A DNA stretch of 64,000 nt from an uncultured Gemmatimonadales bacterium (GTDB lineage Bacteria > Gemmatimonadota > Gemmatimonadetes > Gemmatimonadales > GWC2-71-9): contig CAVQGA010000019.1 in assembly GCA_963711915.1 (NCBI GenBank), positions 19,186 through 83,185 on the forward strand. Direction: 5' to 3'. Below, piece after piece: positions 58,713 through 64,000 of the stretch. A model generated the notes under the pieces. That model saw nothing but the letters and a program-made list of their open reading frames with translations. It ran no database searches and was not told the DNA's origin. Each line of letters opens with the position of its first letter. Position 1 is the stretch's first letter. The position numbers and the translations under genes are program-made.

Positions 58713-59413
58713 GAGGCCAATCTCTCCTTGAGCAGGTCGTCCACCAACGCGCCGAGGGAGCCGACGGCGGCGCAGCCGGGCGGCGCCGAGGCCCCCGGGG
58801 GAACGAGCAGCACGGCCGGAATCCCGGCGGCGTTGGCGCCGATCACGTCCACGTCGTACAGGTCGCCCACGTAGAGCGCCTCGGAGGCCCGGACGCCGAG
58901 CACCTCCAGCGCGGCCCGGAAGATAGCCGGATCGGGCTTCTCCACCCCGGCCAGAGTCGAATCCACGACCACGTCGAAGTACCCCCTGAGACCGGAGGCC
59001 TCGAGCGCTTCCTCGACCCGGCCGTCGCTGTTCGAGACCACGCCGAGGCGGAGTCCGGCCCCGCGCAGGCGCGCGAGCGCGTCGTGGGTGTCCGCGGCGA
59101 TGCCGGTCCAGAGGTGGCCCTCGGCGTGCAGCCGCGTGAGCGTATCGCGGACCTTGTCGAGACGGGCCGCGGGGACGCCGGCCGCGAGGAAGAGCGCTTC
59201 CAAGTATGCCGCGGCGCGCTCCCGGTCGGTCGCGCGGGCCCGCTCCATGGAGCGCGCCGCGATCGACCGGCCCTCGGCCAGCCCGGCCCCGGTGAGCGGC
59301 AGACCCACCGCCGCGCCGACCGCGTCGGCCATTCTCCCGTAGTCGAGAAAGAGCAGCGTGTTGCCGGCATCGAACAGCACCGCCCTCAGTGGAACGCGCG
59401 TGTCGGTCGTCAC
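58709..59413 (-). CDS. HAD-superfamily hydrolase (subfamily IA)
   Basis: [10 protein letters not shown] (motif I), VVSNSD (II), [27 protein letters not shown] (IV). Confidence 0.85.
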   Translation of the reverse strand: MTTDTRVPLRAVLFDAGNTLLFLDYGRMADAVGAAVGLPLTGAGLAEGRSIAARSMERARATDRERAAAYLEALFLAAGVPAARLDKVRDTLTRLHAEGHLWTGIAADTHDALARLRGAGLRLGVVSNSDGRVEEALEASGLRGYFDVVVDSTLAGVEKPDPAIFRAALEVLGVRASEALYVGDLYDVDVIGANAAGIPAVLLVPPGASAPPGCAAVGSLGALVDDLLKERLAS

Positions 59414-59417
59414 GCGC

Positions 59418-60554
59418 TCAGCGGAAACGGAGCAGTCCGGCCAGGCCCTCGACCGAGGTGCGGGCGTCGGGCTCGTAGACGACGTTCACCTCGACCCCCT
59501 GGCGCAGGGCCTCTTCGATCGCGTCGTCGACCACGTCGAGCACCGCCAGCGGCTCCCCTTCGTCCCGGCACTCGCGCTCGGTCCGCGCCAGGCGGCCCGA
59601 CTCGCCGCAGCGGAATCCCGGCTCGCTCGCGTCGGCGTCGACCAGGAGCGAGCGCACCTGGCCGCGCGCCAGGGCGCGGAGGGTGCGGTCGAGGCCGTTC
59701 ACCGCCCACCCGCTGCCGAGACCCTCGAGCATCTCGTGCACGGCCGCGCGCTCGGACTCGCGCTCCCAGGCCTCCCGCACGGCCAGCGTGGCGGCGTGCA
59801 CCGCGGCCGGCGTGGCCTCCTTCAGGTTGAGCCGCGCCGTCCCGATGACGCGCTCGACCAGGTAGTTGTGCAGGAACGGCTCGACCGCCCGGGCCTCGCT
59901 GCCCGTGCCGGCGAGCACCAGCCCGTGGGCCGGCTGCCGCCGATCGATGGCGAACAGCTCGCGGGCCACGGCCTCGAAGTGGCGCTGCTTCTCCTGGCGG
60001 ATCCGGTTGTGGTAGGTGTGCTCGCCCCACATCGTGCCGGCCTGACCCCCGCGGAAGCGCCTGCCGCGGGTGTTGTCGGCCCGCAGCCCGGACAGCTCCC
60101 GGGTCTCGTAGGCCGTGACCTCGAAGAACCGGGCCGCGGTCCGGTCGAGCACCACGGTCAGCAGCCGTCCGAACTCCTCCTCGACCGACGCCAGCTCGCG
60201 CACCAGCGGCGAGCGGTCCACGGCGAGACGCGAGCGGTGAACGACCGGCAACGCCAGGGCCTCGAACAGGCCGATCCCCTCGCACGCGAAGATCGCGAGC
60301 CCCTGGGTCGAGGGCAGGTTGTTCGGCGTGCGGACATACTGCTGGACCCGGTCGAGGTCGCGCGCGATCTCCTCCTGGATCGGGCGCTCGAGCCCGAGCC
60401 GCGGCAACGCCTGCATCGCGGCCCGGACCCGGTTCTTGAGCTTGATGAGGTATTTCCCGCGGCTCCGATCCCGCGGCTCGAGCTTCAGGTAGCAGGTCAC
60501 CACGCGGTGCGGCCCGACCTGGACCGCCGTCAGCCGCGCGAGCCGCTCCGCCAC
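59418..60554 (-). CDS. Bacterial eRF1/Pelota-like (baeRF-type) protein with GGQ motif
   Basis: Real part of track ORF 59418..61352, starting at GTG 60554 after GAAGGAGG. Three-domain layout with FRGGQAG (about 60042-60050) and a C-terminal ...GLDRTLRALARGQVRSLLV...VVDDAIEEALRQGVEVNVV resembling the eRF1/Pelota domain 3. Confidence 0.65.
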   Translation of the reverse strand: MAERLARLTAVQVGPHRVVTCYLKLEPRDRSRGKYLIKLKNRVRAAMQALPRLGLERPIQEEIARDLDRVQQYVRTPNNLPSTQGLAIFACEGIGLFEALALPVVHRSRLAVDRSPLVRELASVEEEFGRLLTVVLDRTAARFFEVTAYETRELSGLRADNTRGRRFRGGQAGTMWGEHTYHNRIRQEKQRHFEAVARELFAIDRRQPAHGLVLAGTGSEARAVEPFLHNYLVERVIGTARLNLKEATPAAVHAATLAVREAWERESERAAVHEMLEGLGSGWAVNGLDRTLRALARGQVRSLLVDADASEPGFRCGESGRLARTERECRDEGEPLAVLDVVDDAIEEALRQGVEVNVVYEPDARTSVEGLAGLLRFR

Positions 60555-60621
60555 GGCCGGCGCCGCCTCCTTCGCCCGTCCCCGCCCGTTGCCGCCCGGC
60601 TTGAGCGCCGTCCGCCTGGCT

Positions 60622-62330
<1,709 letters not shown>

Positions 62331-62334
<4 letters not shown>

Positions 62335-63407
62335 ATCCGTTCGCCTTGTTTGAGCCCTTCGACCACCTCGGCCGCCACCTCGTACGGACTCACCCGCCCC
62401 GCCACGATTTCCTCCAGCCGGCCGGCGATGCGCTCGTCCGCGCGGGTCTCGTCCCAGACCCAGCGCCGGGTCGCGCGGTCCACGACCTCGCGCGTGCGGT
62501 CGAGCAGGCGCCGCCGGCGCCGCTCGGCGAGCGTGCCGCTCCGGGCAAGCCACTCGTGGTGCCGCTCGAGCGCCTCGATCAGCTCGGCGACGCCTTCGCC
62601 TTTCGCCGCGACCGTGAGGACCACGGGCTGCTGCCAGGGCGGCGCGGCGGGCGGCGAATCGAGGGGGGTCTCGCCCGCGCCGTTGCCGGCGCCCTCGGCC
62701 CCGCGGGCCACGCGCACGCCGGCCCGGATGCCGTGGTGCGCCGGGACGTGGCGGAACGCGTTGCCCCGGCGGATGCCGAGCGTGATCTCGATCTCCTGCC
62801 GCAGCTTCTCGGCGCCCGGGCGGTCGGCCTTGTTGACGACGAACAGGTCGGCGATCTCCATGATGCCGGATTTGAGGGTCTGGATCCCGTCGCCGGACTC
62901 CGGTACCAGCACGAGGACGGTCGCGTCGGCCATGCGGGCCACGTCCAGCTCGGACTGCCCGACGCCGACGGTCTCCACCAGGATGCGGTCGAATCCCGCC
63001 GCATCGAGCAGGTCGCAGACCTCGCGGGTGGTCGTGGCCAGGCCGCCCAGCGAGCCGCGGCTCCCCATGGAGCGGATGTACACCCCCTGGTCGAGCGCCA
63101 CGGATTCCATGCGGATGCGGTCGCCGAGCAGGGCGCCGCCGGTGAAGGGGCTGGTGGGGTCCACGGCGACGACGGCGACGCGGAGCCCGGCCTGTCGGTA
63201 GGCCCCGATCAGGCGTTCGACGAGCGTGGATTTGCCGGAGCCCGGCGGCCCGGTGATCCCGATGCGGCGCGCCCGGCCAAGCAGGGGGTGGGCCTCGGCC
63301 AGCAGGCGCTCGAATCCGGGCCGGCCGTTCTCGACCACCGAGATCGCGCGTGCCAGGGCGGCCGTATTGCCGGCCTGCAGGCCCGCGAGCAGGAGGTCGG
63401 GATCCAT
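62331..63407 (-). CDS. meaB: Methylmalonyl-CoA mutase-associated G-protein chaperone MeaB/ArgK
   Basis: [19 protein letters not shown]...[24 protein letters not shown]...VVNKADR. ATG 63407. Confidence 0.9.
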
Positions 63408-63454
63408 GCTGAAAAGTCGCCTGCCGCCGGGGCGGAGGCAAGCGAGCGGCAGGC

Positions 63455-64000
63455 TCACCCGGCGTCGTCCGCCGAGTCGTCTATGTGCAACTCCTTCTTG
63501 GCGGTCCAGTTGATGATGACCACCAGGAAGACGCCCACAACCAGGGCGCCGAGGAGCCAGAGCTGAACCCGGCGGACCTTGCCCAGCAGCAGCGTGGCGC
63601 TGCCGCTCACGAGGTACCCCAGGCCCGTGAACACCCCGGCGCCGACCACGGCGCCGATGCCGTCGATCGCGACGAACTTGGCGAGGGCCAGATTGTGGAG
63701 TCCCCAGAACAGCATGCTCGCGGCCTTGGTCCCGTAGACGAACCGGGCGGCGATGAGCTCCGCCGGGCCCATCCGGCGCGCCAGCGCCTCGATCCGATGC
63801 CCGACCCGGCGGTACAGCCCTCCCGCCCGGAACCGGGGTCCCCGCACCCGGCCGAGGGTGTACCAGGCGAGATCGCCGACGAAGCTGCCGATGGCGCCGG
63901 CGCCGACGGCGAGGGCGAAGGGGAAGTAGCCGAGATGGGCGGCCACGCCGGCCAGGATCAGGGTGAAATCACCTTCGATGGCGGAGCCCAGGAGCACGGC
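63455..64000 (-). CDS. DedA/SNARE-associated family membrane protein (probably N-terminally truncated by the window edge)
   Basis: [19 protein letters not shown]...[17 protein letters not shown]; multi-TM. The frame is open to the right edge. Confidence 0.6.
   Translation of the reverse strand, partial: AVLLGSAIEGDFTLILAGVAAHLGYFPFALAVGAGAIGSFVGDLAWYTLGRVRGPRFRAGGLYRRVGHRIEALARRMGPAELIAARFVYGTKAASMLFWGLHNLALAKFVAIDGIGAVVGAGVFTGLGYLVSGSATLLLGKVRRVQLWLLGALVVGVFLVVIINWTAKKELHIDDSADDAG

Overview
High-GC (about 70%) bacterial chromosome segment, probably from a soil Gemmatimonadota- or Acidobacteriota-like organism; that lineage guess rests only on gene content and repeat type and cannot be verified here. 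Most long ORFs in the six-frame track are high-GC antisense or off-frame artefacts. I kept only frames with recognisable protein families, sensible starts (many ATGA/GTGA stop-start overlaps) and protein-like composition. Layout: (i) 1-11.1 kb, a minus-strand Wzx/Wzy-dependent polysaccharide cluster (flippase, 2 GT4, 2 methyltransferases, Wzy-like polymerase, priming transferase, Wzc-like kinase, Wza-like exporter). (ii) 11.4-27.5 kb, housekeeping and metabolic genes: a LuxR-type regulator split over two frames, ABC-F, ArsC/Spx-like, MOSC, SDR, metY, tRNA-Leu(CAA), ppa, nfeD-floA, and an ECF sigma/anti-sigma/periplasmic protein trio. (iii) rplU-rpmA and an RNase E/G gene, separated by a 2.1-kb IS1-family transposon (17-bp terminal inverted repeats, 9-bp flanking repeats). 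The transposon carries passenger ORFs and a canonical-looking but very atypical tRNA(CAA) with a G73 discriminator and a 32-nt variable arm. (iv) acyl-CoA dehydrogenase, recQ and an amidase. (v) 39.5-43.6 kb, an integron-like cassette array with no integrase in the window: four attC-like sites with RYYYAAC/GTTRRRY boxes, one minus-strand ORF per cassette, invaded by IS481- and IS110/IS1111-family elements. (vi) 43.6-51 kb, miscellaneous genes and two tandem OMP paralogs. (vii) 51-63.5 kb, a minus-strand acyl-CoA/terpenoid-type catabolic cluster: S8 protease, AtuA, DUF4387-like, enoyl-CoA hydratase, carboxyltransferase, a split B12 mutase plus MeaB, a HAD hydrolase, and an embedded eRF1/Pelota-like GGQ protein. 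Eight copies of a GTCATCC(T/C)GAGCG...CGCTC(A/G)GGATGAC palindromic REP/MITE-like element lie between genes and create spurious ORF extensions. No CRISPR array, rRNA or integrase gene was seen.
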